IMG/VR virus record: IMGVR_UViG_3300028394_003206
Direction: 5' to 3' (one strand)
Length of the DNA: 64,000 nucleotides
DNA from: an uncultured virus (IMG/VR IMGVR_UViG_3300028394_003206)
Lineage: Duplodnaviria; Heunggongvirae; Uroviricota; Caudoviricetes
The notes beneath the pieces were generated by a model. The model was not told the DNA's origin and made no database searches. It saw only the letters and a program-made list of their open reading frames with translations. A program made the translations under genes and the position numbers. Positions within the stretch are counted from its first letter, which is position 1. The number at the start of each line of letters is the position of its first letter. This document shows, one piece after another, positions 40,754 to 51,063 of the stretch.

Positions 40754-40920
40754 TTTACAATTTTTAAATCTAAATGTCTTTTTAGTTTTCTTATTTTGAA
40801 TCCATCTGTTGTTTGTATTAATACAGATTGATTATCTTTTTCTATTATTTTTCCGGTTGTTAGTGAATTCCCAGTTGTGTAGAATTGTATATTATCATCT
40901 ATTTCTAAATTATTTATCAT
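40750..40920 (-). CDS. Small hypothetical protein (56 aa, not in ORF track)
   Basis: MINNLEIDDNIQFY... with ATGA overlaps at both ends. Confidence 0.6.
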   Translation of the reverse strand: MINNLEIDDNIQFYTTGNSLTTGKIIEKDNQSVLIQTTDGFKIRKLKRHLDLKIVK

Positions 40921-41195
40921 ATTCCTAATTTTTTTAATCTATTATTTCTTTTTTTATGTTTTAATTTATTATATAGTATTTTTATAAAACTACCTTCCAT
41001 ATATTCCATTATTCCATCATCATATATAGTTATATTTAAATCTTTTTCCAATTCCATTATGAATTCAACAAAATCAATATCATATAGATATTCATCAACT
41101 GTATAATTTTTTTTAATTAATAGGTTATCTATATTATAATTTTTACTTATAATAAAATCGACTATTTCATCAATATTTTTTGCATTATCCTTCAA
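40917..41195 (-). CDS. Acyl-carrier-protein-like protein without DSL serine, with C-terminal KRNNRLKKLGI tag
   Basis: YDIDFVEFIMELEKDLNITIYDD aligns with ACP [22 protein letters not shown]. Confidence 0.55.
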   Translation of the reverse strand: MKDNAKNIDEIVDFIISKNYNIDNLLIKKNYTVDEYLYDIDFVEFIMELEKDLNITIYDDGIMEYMEGSFIKILYNKLKHKKRNNRLKKLGI

Positions 41196-41268
41196 AACTT
41201 TACTTTTATCAAATATATAAATAAAAATTAGATTTTAAAATTTAATATATAAAAATAAAAAAATAAAA

Positions 41269-41496
41269 ATGGAATATAATTCAAATGTTTATTTAACTAT
41301 TGCTCACACAGATTGTGATGCTTTAGGATTAGACGGTACATATCGTCAAAATAATTCTGGTGACACTTGTATCTTGGAATATCCTTCAATGGAAGCAATT
41401 CCTTCTGAAGTATCTGAAGTGATGATTGAAACTTATACACATGAAGAAGCTTTAGCATTGGTTGTTGGTTCTGAATGGGTTGCAACATTACCTTAA
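41269..41496 (+). CDS. Hypothetical acidic protein, possibly virion-associated
   Basis: Own TAATATATA box and terminator; YTHEEAL...EW. Confidence 0.7.
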   Translation: MEYNSNVYLTIAHTDCDALGLDGTYRQNNSGDTCILEYPSMEAIPSEVSEVMIETYTHEEALALVVGSEWVATLP

Positions 41497-41508
41497 TAGA
41501 AATCTATT

Positions 41509-41541
41509 TAAAAAAAGCCACTTTATCAAGTGGCTTTTTTT
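41509..41541. terminator. Terminator, AGCCACTT family
   Basis: AAAAAAAGCCACTT-TATC-AAGTGGCTTTTTTT. Confidence 0.85.
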
Positions 41542-41613
41542 ATTTAAAAAATATATAAATAGAGAAAAAGTGCTTTTGGTTTTTTAATATATACTAAAAA
41601 AATAATATTATTT

Positions 41614-43101
41614 ATGGCAACTCAAAGTTACTTTACAGTAAGAATGAATGGTGTTAACGTTTTCTATCAAACAGGGACAGTTACACAAGCAACACAATCT
41701 GGAACACAATCTGGAACAACTTTAAATACAAGCATTTTTGCAGTATGGAATGCAGACACTTCTGGTGCATCATTAGATTCTAATATTTTCCGTGTGTATA
41801 ATGGTGATAATGTTAATGATTCATCAGGAAATGCACAAAATGGAACAAATGTAGGTTCTGTAACATTTACTACTGGTAAAGTAGGAAATGCTTTTACTTT
41901 TAATGGTAGTAACTATGTGCAATTACCAAACAATTCATTAAACTCATTAACTGGAGATTTTAGTATATCTTTTTGGATGAACTTACAAGGTGTTGGTGTA
42001 GATAATCAAATGCCCATTTCTTCATTCTATTATGATGGGGCTAATTTTTATGGTTTTTATGCATTTATTTCATCATCTACCTTATACTTTAGAATATTTA
42101 ATGGTTCCTCTAACTCAGCAATAAATGAATTATCAACAGGTATTGGTCCATATTATTACAATTGGACACATTTTACATTATTAAGAAAAGGTTCTACTAG
42201 CAGTAAAATATACATTAATGGTTCCCTTGTAACTTCAAATACCAACACAACAAACCCAGTCTATAGTAATAGCACAACACCATCAATAGGTGCTGCAAAA
42301 TGGGGGGGAACTACTGCTTATTATATGAGTAATACTGGTAAAATTGATTCATTGACAATTTGGAATAAAACATTAACAGATGGTGAAGTTGTTGAATTAT
42401 ATAATGCTGGTGTGGGAACAGAATACCCATTTACATCACAAACATTACCAACACCAAATGATTCAGTTGGGACAAACCATGGTGTTTTAACAAATGGCAC
42501 AACATTCACCAATGGTAAAATAGGTAGAGCATTTACATTTGATGGTGTTAATGATTATATTGCATTACCGAACAATTCAATTAATGTTACTGGTGATTTC
42601 TCAATTTCTGGATGGGTTTATATACCTAGTGGGTATGTAGGTGGGAACCAAATTTATATTTTAGATAATATAAGTGCAAATACATGGTATAATAATCCTA
42701 ATGGATATGCATTATCCACATATGGAAATAGTATTCAATTTGACTTATGTAACAATACTAACACCAATCTTACATTAATTTACAGTTATGGAGGTGGTGG
42801 ATTCCCAACTAATGCTTGGTATCATATTGTAGCAACCAGAAAATCAGGAGTTGGTAGTAAAATATATTTAAATGGTTCATTAGTTGCTTCAGATAGTAAC
42901 ACTGTAAACCATACCCATTTAGCAACAGTTTCAAAACCATGTATTGGTGCATTAGATATACCAGCAAGAGGTTCTGTTGGGTATTTCCCACCAGCAAATA
43001 CAAGAATTGATGCTGTTACACTGTGGAATAAAGAATTAACGTCAACCGAAATCACCGAACTATACAATTCTGGAACAGGTAAACAATACCCTTATTCATA
43101 A
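41614..43101 (+). CDS. LamG/concanavalin-A-like two-domain protein, copy A (probable virion surface protein)
   Basis: GKVGNAFTFNG, FSISFW, KIYINGSL, IDSLTIWNK.L...E...LYN. Confidence 0.85.
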   Translation: MATQSYFTVRMNGVNVFYQTGTVTQATQSGTQSGTTLNTSIFAVWNADTSGASLDSNIFRVYNGDNVNDSSGNAQNGTNVGSVTFTTGKVGNAFTFNGSNYVQLPNNSLNSLTGDFSISFWMNLQGVGVDNQMPISSFYYDGANFYGFYAFISSSTLYFRIFNGSSNSAINELSTGIGPYYYNWTHFTLLRKGSTSSKIYINGSLVTSNTNTTNPVYSNSTTPSIGAAKWGGTTAYYMSNTGKIDSLTIWNKTLTDGEVVELYNAGVGTEYPFTSQTLPTPNDSVGTNHGVLTNGTTFTNGKIGRAFTFDGVNDYIALPNNSINVTGDFSISGWVYIPSGYVGGNQIYILDNISANTWYNNPNGYALSTYGNSIQFDLCNNTNTNLTLIYSYGGGGFPTNAWYHIVATRKSGVGSKIYLNGSLVASDSNTVNHTHLATVSKPCIGALDIPARGSVGYFPPANTRIDAVTLWNKELTSTEITELYNSGTGKQYPYS

Positions 43102-43117
43102 ATAATTTTAAATAATT

Positions 43118-43148
43118 AAAAAGCCTCATATTTTTATGAGGCTTTTTT
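43118..43148. terminator. Terminator of LamG copy A
   Basis: AAAAAGCCTCATA-TTTT-TATGAGGCTTTTTT; same sequence inverted at 59804..59835. Confidence 0.85.
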
Positions 43149-43745
43149 CTTTGCTAGTTTTCTAAAATCTGTTAAAATTCTATTATGTTCTAGTTTATAT
43201 TCATTATATAATTCATCCCAAGTCCATTTTTTAGAATTTAATTTTTCCCATATATGATTTGAACATTCAAAATCATATATCCTACCACTTTCCATTATTT
43301 GAATTCCAAACATTGGTATTCTTAATGAATGAAATAATGATTTAATACCAATATTATATTCACCAATTTCCAATTTCTTTTTAGCCTTTACCCAACTATT
43401 AGATGAAACGTGTGAAATTGCATGTCTTATTTTTGCTTCATTTATTTCTAAATCAAATTTTATATTTTCTTTTAATCTTGCAAAATCTGGTGAATATAAA
43501 CATTCTAAATTCCTAGGCAAATGCCATTCTAAATCTTCTCTAAACTTACTTTCAGTATATATGTGTATATTGAATTTATCACTTTTAATTTCAATAGCTT
43601 CTACTGAATTTTTAGCAATAATTAATATATCATAGTCTGAATCATCTGTATGTGTTTTGTAGATTCTAGATCCAAATAAATAGATATTACTAACCCTTAA
43701 TGGATGCAATTTGGCTACTTTTAATATTTCTTCTATTGATATCAT
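43134..43745 (-). CDS. Pol-beta-superfamily nucleotidyltransferase
   Basis: IYLFGSRIY...DSDYDIL; KSLFHSLRI. Confidence 0.8.
   Translation of the reverse strand: MISIEEILKVAKLHPLRVSNIYLFGSRIYKTHTDDSDYDILIIAKNSVEAIEIKSDKFNIHIYTESKFREDLEWHLPRNLECLYSPDFARLKENIKFDLEINEAKIRHAISHVSSNSWVKAKKKLEIGEYNIGIKSLFHSLRIPMFGIQIMESGRIYDFECSNHIWEKLNSKKWTWDELYNEYKLEHNRILTDFRKLAKKKAS
43143..43164 (-). repeat. 22-bp inverted repeat, left copy
   Basis: Reverse complement TAGAAAACTAGCAAAGAAAAAA equals 61350..61371. Confidence 0.9.
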
Positions 43746-43965
43746 TGTAAACTAATATTCATATCATTTAAAAAATCTACTAAATATGAGTTAAACTTCA
43801 ATTTAGATATCTCATTTTTATAGCGTTTATTAACACTTTTTTTAGCTTTATAAATTTTAGTTCTGCAAATATTCATAGTTGTTTAATTTGGTATTCAAAT
43901 ATAGTAAATTTTTATTTAAAACAAAATTATATTCGACGAAATAATGAAATTCTAATATATAAGAT

Positions 43966-46900
43966 ATGAAACCATTTTTTCCACTATATTCTGAAAATAT
44001 ATTAACTGGACCACATCATGTTTCTTTTACTTTACCAGGTGTTAAATCTAATATTTTAAATTCTGTTGGTGTAGAAGGGAATGTTAATTTCCTTATACCT
44101 AATTCACAATTTTTAGGAAAAGTGATAGAAGGTGATTTAGGTATAGCAGATAATATGATAAAAAGTGCCATATATCAAAATTTGAATTCATCTATTTCAT
44201 CTAAAAATGAAAATGTATTCAAAGGGATGGCTAAGAATTTTGGAATTAATATAGATGATATAAATAAATATAAAGTAAATGGGAAATTAACAATTCCAAT
44301 GAGTGATATAAAAGTTGGAAGTCAGTTTAATAATGTTGGTTTAAAATCTATTGAAAAAACATTTTTCCAATCATTATTTGAAACACAAAAACCTTACATG
44401 GAAATTGCTAAATTGATAATAGAATCATTAGCTGATTGTGAAGATATAGTTGCTCGTATTATGCCATTACTTTCACTAAACCCACTTAAAGCAAAATCAC
44501 ACAAACCTATTGTGAATAATGGTGTTAAAGGTGATAGACCACAAGCTTTAGGATTTGGTGGTGGCTTAGAATTAAAAAAAGCTATTGCAGAGTTGTCTAA
44601 AATGACTAAAAAAGGTGGTGAATATAAAATAAATAATGATGGAAGTGTTGATAAAACACAACCAAAGAAATCTGAACCAAAGAAGTCAAATTCAGAAAAT
44701 TTAGATAAAAAATGGACAATAATATCAGAAGTTTATTCAAATGGGTATTTTGATCCAAATATAAAATATGATTATACTTATATTGATTTAACTGAAGATG
44801 AAGTAGCTATTCCAGAAGCAATTGAACCTGAAGTTACTGTTGATGATGATTTAAAAGATAAACCAAATAATATAATATTAGGTGTATATGATTCAAATGG
44901 AAATCCAATTGATCCAGTTGGTGATATGGCTTGGGTTAAAAATTCACCTAAATGGAAATTTACTAATAAATATAGTTGGTCTATAATGGGTCAGCCTACT
45001 TATGTTTGGTCAAATGGGATAATAACTAAAATGAGTGATGAAAGTCCTGGTAAATCTTGGGAGATAAAGAAATATAAAAAGGATGAAAAGAATATCATAA
45101 CAAATGATATTGCAATTGAGGGTGATCCTAAAATAACAGAATTTAAAACTAATGATATAACACCTTGGACTTCTTATTATAATGATTTTATAAAAAATAA
45201 AATTGAGAAAAATAATGATTTAGATACTAATGATAAAATTGAAGCTGTTAAAAAAGTAAAAGATAATTTAGACATAAAAGCACAAGTTCAAAATGTTTTC
45301 AATTATTCTCAATTAAAATCACCATATAATGATTTACCTGAAAATCTGAAAATTGTTTATCAGCCATATCAACTTAATATAAAAGGAAATAATATCTGGA
45401 TTGATCCTGAAAATGACTATGATTTAAAAGTTATAAAAGTTTTACCAGCAAATTCAAATGATAAAACTAATAGTTTATTATTAGAAGATAAACCATTTTC
45501 ATCAAATTATTATGGACATGGTGATGAAAGTAATCCACAAACAATAGACACTATTTATAGATATGCTAATGCAAAAGAGAAATCTTATTATTATATAGTA
45601 GAAGGTGTTAAGAGAGATGATGGAAATGAGGATAAACCACAAGTTGCTAAAGAGGATGATTCATCTAAATGGTATAAATTAAAACATGCATTGGGTATTT
45701 TTAAAAAATTCATATTGTTTATAATAAAAGTTGTTAGTAAAATAATACCTTCATTAAATAAATTAATCAAATTATTCTCAAAACCAACACAATTTTTAAC
45801 TGATATTATAACTGATAAATTAAAAGATAATGTTTCCTTTTTATCTAAAGAAGCTTTCGAAACATATTCATCATTGAGAAAATATTATGATGGTAAACAA
45901 AGTTCATTGATTGATAAAACAACTAAATTTACAAATATTGTTGAAGATAAGGCTATTAATATAACAAATAATGCTCAAACAACAGCAACTAATATTGCTA
46001 ATAATGCTCAAACAACAGCAACCAATATTTCAAATAATGCTCAAAATAAAGCAAATAATTACTCTAAAATAGTTGAGAATAAAGCAACTAATATTTCAAA
46101 TAATATCCAAACAAGTGCAACTAATAAATATAAAGAAGTTGAAAAGCTATTGAATAAATCTGTTTTAAAAAATTATGTTTATGTTGATAAATATAGTAAA
46201 CACACTAAAATAAAATCTATTTTAGATGGTAAAGGAACTATACCTTTATCTATATTTGGGAATAAATTTAACTTTGGCTTGGAATTAAATATGGATAATT
46301 TATTGAATAATAAAACACCATTAAAATTAATATTTAAAGAAATTTTATCAGCTTTTAGTGATGATGTTAATAAAGAAAATCAAAAATATAAAGAAGATAG
46401 TAATGTTATAAACACAAATGGTAATACTAGTTCACAATCAAGTTCTGATTCAAATACTAATAAACAAAATCAAATAAATTATCAGAACTCTACATATGAA
46501 ACTGTTAGTGTTAAATATTCAACAGGTGTTTTTATACCAGGTGTTAAATATAATTACATATACTTAACTGAAGATTTAACAAAAAAAGTTAATTTAATTG
46601 AAGAAATGGCTAATACCAATGATGTTGATGAGATGAATAATGCGATTTTAGAATCAGAAAAATTAATTAATTCTAATCCAGATAATCATGATTTAAAATC
46701 TAAATTAGAAAATCTAATTAAAAAAATAAAATCAAAGTTTATAAAACTATTAGATATTGTGAATATCCAACCAATGATTAAATTTTTATTAGGTTTAGTT
46801 TCATTTCCAATTCAAATAATAAGTGGGGTTGTTAAGTGGTTAATTGATTTTTTCAAATCATTATCAAACCCATTGAAATTACCATCTAAAATGGCAGAAT

Positions 46901-47757
46901 TTTTATCTTTTAAATGGTTTACTAACTTTTTTGCACCAGATAAAATAATGGGTTTAATTGGTATGAAATTTAATCCTGGTATAATAAAAGAATGGACTGA
47001 TATTGTGAATCAACCAAATCATTTCAAATCTATTCCTGGTTTAGAAAATTTTGTAAAAAAACATAATATAAAAACTGTTGAAGAATTAACAGCTAAAAAA
47101 AGTGAGTTAGAACAAAGTTTGAATACCTATTACAACAATACATCAACAAAAACTATGAATAAATATAATAGTATTTCAAAAACGGTTGATGATAAAGTAG
47201 ATAATGTAGCAGAGAAATCTAAAATAAAAATGAATGAATTTTTCTCAAAAATATCCAAAGCACCTAAAAATATTCCAATTCATTTTGGAAACAACTTATT
47301 ACCAGATAGTTTCCCAATAGCTGATTTGAATAAGTTTTTCAGTTTACCATTTATGGCATCATTACCAACATTCAATGCATTGGCTTTTAAGAAATATCCA
47401 AATATGGCTTTTAAAACATATTTACCAATTATATGTTTCATAGAAAGCTTAATAAACGCTATAATAGATTTTATATGGTCTATATTAGGATTAGAAGCAT
47501 TGATAAAACCACCTCATATAAAATTGTGTAGTAAATCAGATAAAACTAAAACAAATAATGCAACTGTTACAAAAACAAATGATAATGTTGAAGAAATAGA
47601 TGATAGTTTAATAGATGATAGTACTGATCAATATGGTAATAAATATATCTGGGAGGTTAAGATGAAATCAGGAATGGTTTTAACATTTACTGATAAGATA
47701 GAATTGGATAAATATATTGAAGATAATAAAGATAAAATTGATTTTGAATTCAATTAA
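43966..47757 (+). CDS. Large hypothetical protein (1263 aa), possibly structural
   Basis: Long ORF behind TAATATATA; internally repeated YS.G.F.P..KY.Y.Y..LTED module. Confidence 0.85.
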   Translation: MKPFFPLYSENILTGPHHVSFTLPGVKSNILNSVGVEGNVNFLIPNSQFLGKVIEGDLGIADNMIKSAIYQNLNSSISSKNENVFKGMAKNFGINIDDINKYKVNGKLTIPMSDIKVGSQFNNVGLKSIEKTFFQSLFETQKPYMEIAKLIIESLADCEDIVARIMPLLSLNPLKAKSHKPIVNNGVKGDRPQALGFGGGLELKKAIAELSKMTKKGGEYKINNDGSVDKTQPKKSEPKKSNSENLDKKWTIISEVYSNGYFDPNIKYDYTYIDLTEDEVAIPEAIEPEVTVDDDLKDKPNNIILGVYDSNGNPIDPVGDMAWVKNSPKWKFTNKYSWSIMGQPTYVWSNGIITKMSDESPGKSWEIKKYKKDEKNIITNDIAIEGDPKITEFKTNDITPWTSYYNDFIKNKIEKNNDLDTNDKIEAVKKVKDNLDIKAQVQNVFNYSQLKSPYNDLPENLKIVYQPYQLNIKGNNIWIDPENDYDLKVIKVLPANSNDKTNSLLLEDKPFSSNYYGHGDESNPQTIDTIYRYANAKEKSYYYIVEGVKRDDGNEDKPQVAKEDDSSKWYKLKHALGIFKKFILFIIKVVSKIIPSLNKLIKLFSKPTQFLTDIITDKLKDNVSFLSKEAFETYSSLRKYYDGKQSSLIDKTTKFTNIVEDKAINITNNAQTTATNIANNAQTTATNISNNAQNKANNYSKIVENKATNISNNIQTSATNKYKEVEKLLNKSVLKNYVYVDKYSKHTKIKSILDGKGTIPLSIFGNKFNFGLELNMDNLLNNKTPLKLIFKEILSAFSDDVNKENQKYKEDSNVINTNGNTSSQSSSDSNTNKQNQINYQNSTYETVSVKYSTGVFIPGVKYNYIYLTEDLTKKVNLIEEMANTNDVDEMNNAILESEKLINSNPDNHDLKSKLENLIKKIKSKFIKLLDIVNIQPMIKFLLGLVSFPIQIISGVVKWLIDFFKSLSNPLKLPSKMAEFLSFKWFTNFFAPDKIMGLIGMKFNPGIIKEWTDIVNQPNHFKSIPGLENFVKKHNIKTVEELTAKKSELEQSLNTYYNNTSTKTMNKYNSISKTVDDKVDNVAEKSKIKMNEFFSKISKAPKNIPIHFGNNLLPDSFPIADLNKFFSLPFMASLPTFNALAFKKYPNMAFKTYLPIICFIESLINAIIDFIWSILGLEALIKPPHIKLCSKSDKTKTNNATVTKTNDNVEEIDDSLIDDSTDQYGNKYIWEVKMKSGMVLTFTDKIELDKYIEDNKDKIDFEFN
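45958..46125 (+). repeat. Imperfect 33-bp (11-aa) tandem repeats NIxNNAQTTAT
   Basis: AATAATGCTCAAACAACAGCAAC repeated in frame. Confidence 0.75.
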
Positions 47758-47802
47758 ACAATTTTAATTATTTAAATATAAATTAAAACTAAAATAATAT
47801 TT

Positions 47803-48030
47803 ATGGCAACTAAATCTAAACAAAGAAAAAACCACAAACAAAAACTTCAAGCTAGAAAATCTAGAATCGAACAAGAGAAATATTCAGCTCAAAAGAAACA
47901 AAGAGAAATGATTATGGAACTTATTAAAAAAGAACAAGAAAGTGGTATGTTTGATAATGCTCAAACAATTAATCCTATTAACAATGGTCCATCATTGGAT
48001 GGTCCGGTTATTGAAGGACCTGCAATTTAA
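47803..48030 (+). CDS. Small basic hypothetical protein
   Basis: MATKSKQRKNHKQK...; followed by hairpin 48039..48067. Confidence 0.75.
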   Translation: MATKSKQRKNHKQKLQARKSRIEQEKYSAQKKQREMIMELIKKEQESGMFDNAQTINPINNGPSLDGPVIEGPAI

Positions 48031-48232
48031 TTATTTAATTTCTAGTCAAAGAAACTTTGGCTAGAATTTTTTTAATTTTTTGTAATAGATATTTTTTAGC
48101 TGTTTGTGTTTTTTCACATTGTCTATTATCTAATTGACATTTGATAAAATATGTATTTGCTAAAATGATATTATCTATTTCATCTTTCGTTAAATCACTC
48201 ATAAATTATATATTAAAAAATAATTATTAAAA

Positions 48233-49303
48233 ATGTCTAAAACTATATTAAATTTAAATGTTTCATCCGTTGATTTTGAAACTAATGATGTATTATCTAT
48301 TTGGAATTATTACAATAAAAGACCAAATACTACAGTAATCCATCAGCAATATAAAACAAGTTTGTTTTTATCAAAAACTGAACATTTATATGAAGATATT
48401 AATACATTTTCTGAAATTTCACCACTTGAAGATAGTGAAATAATTAACTACAAAAAATGTATTAGAATAGCAAATGATATTTTTATATCATATTTTATAA
48501 ATGATTTAAATTCTGAAGAATCTAATATAACTGATTTAACATTCTATTATAAAAATGATGATGATATTAAACATATTGAAGATTTTTTGGAATTAATTGA
48601 TGATGCTATTTTTGATGACTTTGAAGAAGAGGAAATGGATAAAACAAAAACATTTAATTTCCAATTTGGTCAACATGGTTTAGTTAAATCACCAGTGTTT
48701 AAAAAAGTAGATATTGATAATTATGATTTATTTTATAATACTGATACTTTTAAAGATATTGAAAAATCAATAAAGAAGATTAAAAAGAATAAAAAAGGTT
48801 TAACCATTTATTATGGGGAAAGAGGTGTTGGTAAAACTTCTATAATTGATTATTTATCTGAAAAAATAAATAAAGATATTATTTATATATCTAACCCAAT
48901 GGTTGAACATACATTTAATAATCCTGATTTTATTAGCATTTTAAGAATGAATAGAAATTCTGTTTTGGTTCTAGATGATTGTGAAATGTTATTTAATGAA
49001 GTATTTAATAAGACAAATAATCTAATTGTCAATTTATTACAGATTATTGATGGGTGGTTATCTGATTCTATGAATATAAATATTGTTTTACTATTTAATG
49101 TAGATGATGAAAATGATATTGATCATAATTTATTAGAATGTAACAACCTATTAGATGTTGTTAAATTTGATTATTTGGAAATTGATGAAATAAAAGAATT
49201 AAAAAAACATTTAGGAATTAATAAAAAATATAAATCAAAAGGAAGATTAATTGATATAATAAATAAAAGAAGTAGTGATCAAGAAACTACAATTGGTTTT
49301 TAA
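48233..49303 (+). CDS. AAA+ ATPase
   Basis: GERGVGKT, VLVLDDCE, LLQIIDG, C-terminal IGF. Confidence 0.85.
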   Translation: MSKTILNLNVSSVDFETNDVLSIWNYYNKRPNTTVIHQQYKTSLFLSKTEHLYEDINTFSEISPLEDSEIINYKKCIRIANDIFISYFINDLNSEESNITDLTFYYKNDDDIKHIEDFLELIDDAIFDDFEEEEMDKTKTFNFQFGQHGLVKSPVFKKVDIDNYDLFYNTDTFKDIEKSIKKIKKNKKGLTIYYGERGVGKTSIIDYLSEKINKDIIYISNPMVEHTFNNPDFISILRMNRNSVLVLDDCEMLFNEVFNKTNNLIVNLLQIIDGWLSDSMNINIVLLFNVDDENDIDHNLLECNNLLDVVKFDYLEIDEIKELKKHLGINKKYKSKGRLIDIINKRSSDQETTIGF

Positions 49304-49321
49304 TAAATAATAAATGATGTT

Positions 49322-49651
49322 ATGATATCTGAATTAGATGACAATGAAATTTTAAATATATTAATGACTTCGGAATTTGCAGATGATTATTCACCTGTTG
49401 AATTAAAGTTTTTATTGTTAAAATGGAGATATTTTTATAGATTGTTAAATGGTAAATTAGAAAGGTTATCAACTGATAATGAATATATAATTCAATTATT
49501 AGAAGGTGAAATAGAAGCTTTAAGAAAGAATATATTTGATGAGCAAAGAAAAAATGCCAAAAATGAAGATTTGATACATCAGATGACAAGTAGAAAACTA
49601 ACTTGGAAAGAAAGATTAAAAGGAAAAATAATTAATAAAAATGAAGATTGA
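49322..49651 (+). CDS. Hypothetical coiled-coil protein
   Basis: RKLTWKERLKGKI C-terminus. Confidence 0.75.
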   Translation: MISELDDNEILNILMTSEFADDYSPVELKFLLLKWRYFYRLLNGKLERLSTDNEYIIQLLEGEIEALRKNIFDEQRKNAKNEDLIHQMTSRKLTWKERLKGKIINKNED

Positions 49652-50750
49652 GGATTTTAAAAAACTAGAAAAAAAGATAACTAGTCATAATTTTAATAAA
49701 AGCTATAAGAATATAAACACAATTATGACAGTTCTGTCATATTTTGGACATATAGCTTCAATATCACTAGCATTTTTCTTACTTTACACTGTAATGACTA
49801 ATGTTATGGATAGTAAAGTTATAGCAGGTGGTGTTTCTATATTATTATTAAGTTTAGTAGAACTTGTTAAGAGGGATCTGTTTGACAAATTCAGTATTCA
49901 ATATTTAAGATTTAAATCATTAACAAAAGAAGTGATGCCACTTTTTATATTAAGTTTTTTGATTATATCAATATCATTTTATGCTTCTATACAAGGTGCT
50001 GCTGAATTCTCATCAAAAAGCCAAAAGATTGAAAATGATAGTAAATTGATGGTTAAGAATTATACTGATTCTATTAATAAAATTGTAATCATTGAAAAAG
50101 ATTCTATTAAAGGGTTGATATCTAATATTGATAATGAAATAAAAAATAATAAATCTACTTTATTAGAAAGTCTTTCAAATAAAAAAGCTAAAAATAAAAA
50201 TAGCTTTATTATGAATGATTTACCACAATTAAAATCAGATAAAAATAATTTAATTGCTGAATTGGATAGTCTTGACATAAAAGCTAGTAGAAAAATCGAA
50301 CAATATTCAAAAGATATTACAAGTGAAACATATAAAAAGAAAAATAGTAATGAGAAAAACTCTTTAATGTTTATTATTATTTCTGTTTTAGTTGAACTAA
50401 CAATATTAGCTGGTGTTTATTTTAATGAATATTATAAATATAGATCATACAGTGAATTTAAAGATATGATGGAAAAGGATCCAAATTATCAAAAATATTT
50501 ATTATACGAAGTTATTTTTAATATTTTATTCACTGATGAAACTAAAATGAATCAAAAACTACCAGCAAGTAAAAATATAATTGATATGTGTAAAGCAAAT
50601 AATGTTATAATTTTACCAAAGGATTTGATAGAATTTTTAAAAGTAATGGCTAATTTAGGAATAGTTAAAGTTAGTGGAAGTGCTAAATACATAAACAAAA
50701 CAAAAGATGTTTCATTTGAATTGTTGAAAAAATATTTTAATATTGATTAA
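49641..50750 (+). CDS. Membrane protein with coiled-coil loop
   Basis: Three N-terminal and one later hydrophobic helices. Confidence 0.8.
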   Translation: MKIEDFKKLEKKITSHNFNKSYKNINTIMTVLSYFGHIASISLAFFLLYTVMTNVMDSKVIAGGVSILLLSLVELVKRDLFDKFSIQYLRFKSLTKEVMPLFILSFLIISISFYASIQGAAEFSSKSQKIENDSKLMVKNYTDSINKIVIIEKDSIKGLISNIDNEIKNNKSTLLESLSNKKAKNKNSFIMNDLPQLKSDKNNLIAELDSLDIKASRKIEQYSKDITSETYKKKNSNEKNSLMFIIISVLVELTILAGVYFNEYYKYRSYSEFKDMMEKDPNYQKYLLYEVIFNILFTDETKMNQKLPASKNIIDMCKANNVIILPKDLIEFLKVMANLGIVKVSGSAKYINKTKDVSFELLKKYFNID

Positions 50751-51022
50751 TGTATAATGTTGGAAATATTTTGGTCTTCACCGGCAATAGAACCGGTGAA
50801 GACCATTTTAATAATTTTAAAGTAGGTAAAAAATATGTAATTAAGAATATATCAAATGTTACCTATGATATGGATAGTATTCTTGGCTATAATGAAACTT
50901 GTGTGTTTTTTGAAAATTGTGAATATGGTACTTATATAGATAAATTAGAACCTAATTTTATGAAATTATCTGAATATAGAAACAAACAATTAAATGATAT
51001 TTTAAATATTTTTAAAAAATGA
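50750..51022 (+). CDS. Hypothetical protein with C-terminal YRNKQLNDIL tag
   Basis: TAATG coupling to upstream gene. Confidence 0.7.
   Translation: MYNVGNILVFTGNRTGEDHFNNFKVGKKYVIKNISNVTYDMDSILGYNETCVFFENCEYGTYIDKLEPNFMKLSEYRNKQLNDILNIFKK
50772..50805. terminator. GC-rich perfect 13-bp hairpin inside a CDS
   Basis: TGGTCTTCACCGG-CAATAGAA-CCGGTGAAGACCA then TTTTA. Confidence 0.6.
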
Positions 51023-51063
51023 AATTTTTATTTTAATATATAAAATAAAAATAGTAATTGCAT

